A stretch of 64,000 nucleotides of DNA from Antedon mediterranea (lineage: Eukaryota; Animalia; Echinodermata). The stretch is from positions 22,431,175 to 22,495,174 of the forward strand of contig NC_092677.1 of assembly GCF_964355755.1 (NCBI RefSeq), written 5' to 3'. The notes under the pieces were generated by a model. That model had not been told where the DNA came from. It did no database searches and saw only the letters and a list, made by a program, of their open reading frames with translations. Positions 63,791 to 64,000 of this stretch are shown in pieces; position 1 is the first letter of the stretch, and the number at the start of each line of letters is the position of its first letter. Position numbers and translations under genes: made by a program.

Positions 63791-64000
63791 ATTATTTATA
63801 ATGTTTAATTGTATTATAAATTAAACTTAAACAAGGTTCCAGATGTAAGTGAACTTACCCTAATTTAATTGAGAAACTAGCTAATTGCCTGAACTTGCTT
63901 TCGTTAATAATTGTTTTGTATAATATATAGGCCCATACAATAAATGCATATTTCTTTTTACTTTGTTATTGAACCGGTCTTAACAAATCTAGCATGTTTG

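Overview
AT-rich eukaryotic genomic DNA. It is probably from a marine invertebrate; an echinoderm-like source is only a guess from the element repertoire. The window is almost entirely nested transposable elements, and I see no confidently identifiable host gene. Two DNA transposons look intact: a 4.1-kb hAT element (24624-28714) with a two-exon ~773-aa transposase and an unusual 6-bp target-site duplication (TSD), and a pogo DD35D element (53683-57788) whose transposase ends in a PHD-like finger. Decayed elements include Sola2, several Academ copies, a second pogo, a MULE-SWIM, a second hAT, Kolobok/Harbinger/Tc1-type MITEs, LINE fragments, a tRNA-derived SINE and several Penelope-like retroelements. 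The two most notable observations are (1) six minimal hammerhead-ribozyme motifs whose 3-8 core pair covaries (C-G, U-A, A-U), plus decayed copies, and (2) a Tc1-type DD34E transposase followed directly by a spliced coiled-coil + BEN-domain gene. All family assignments come from motif recognition by eye; no searches were run.
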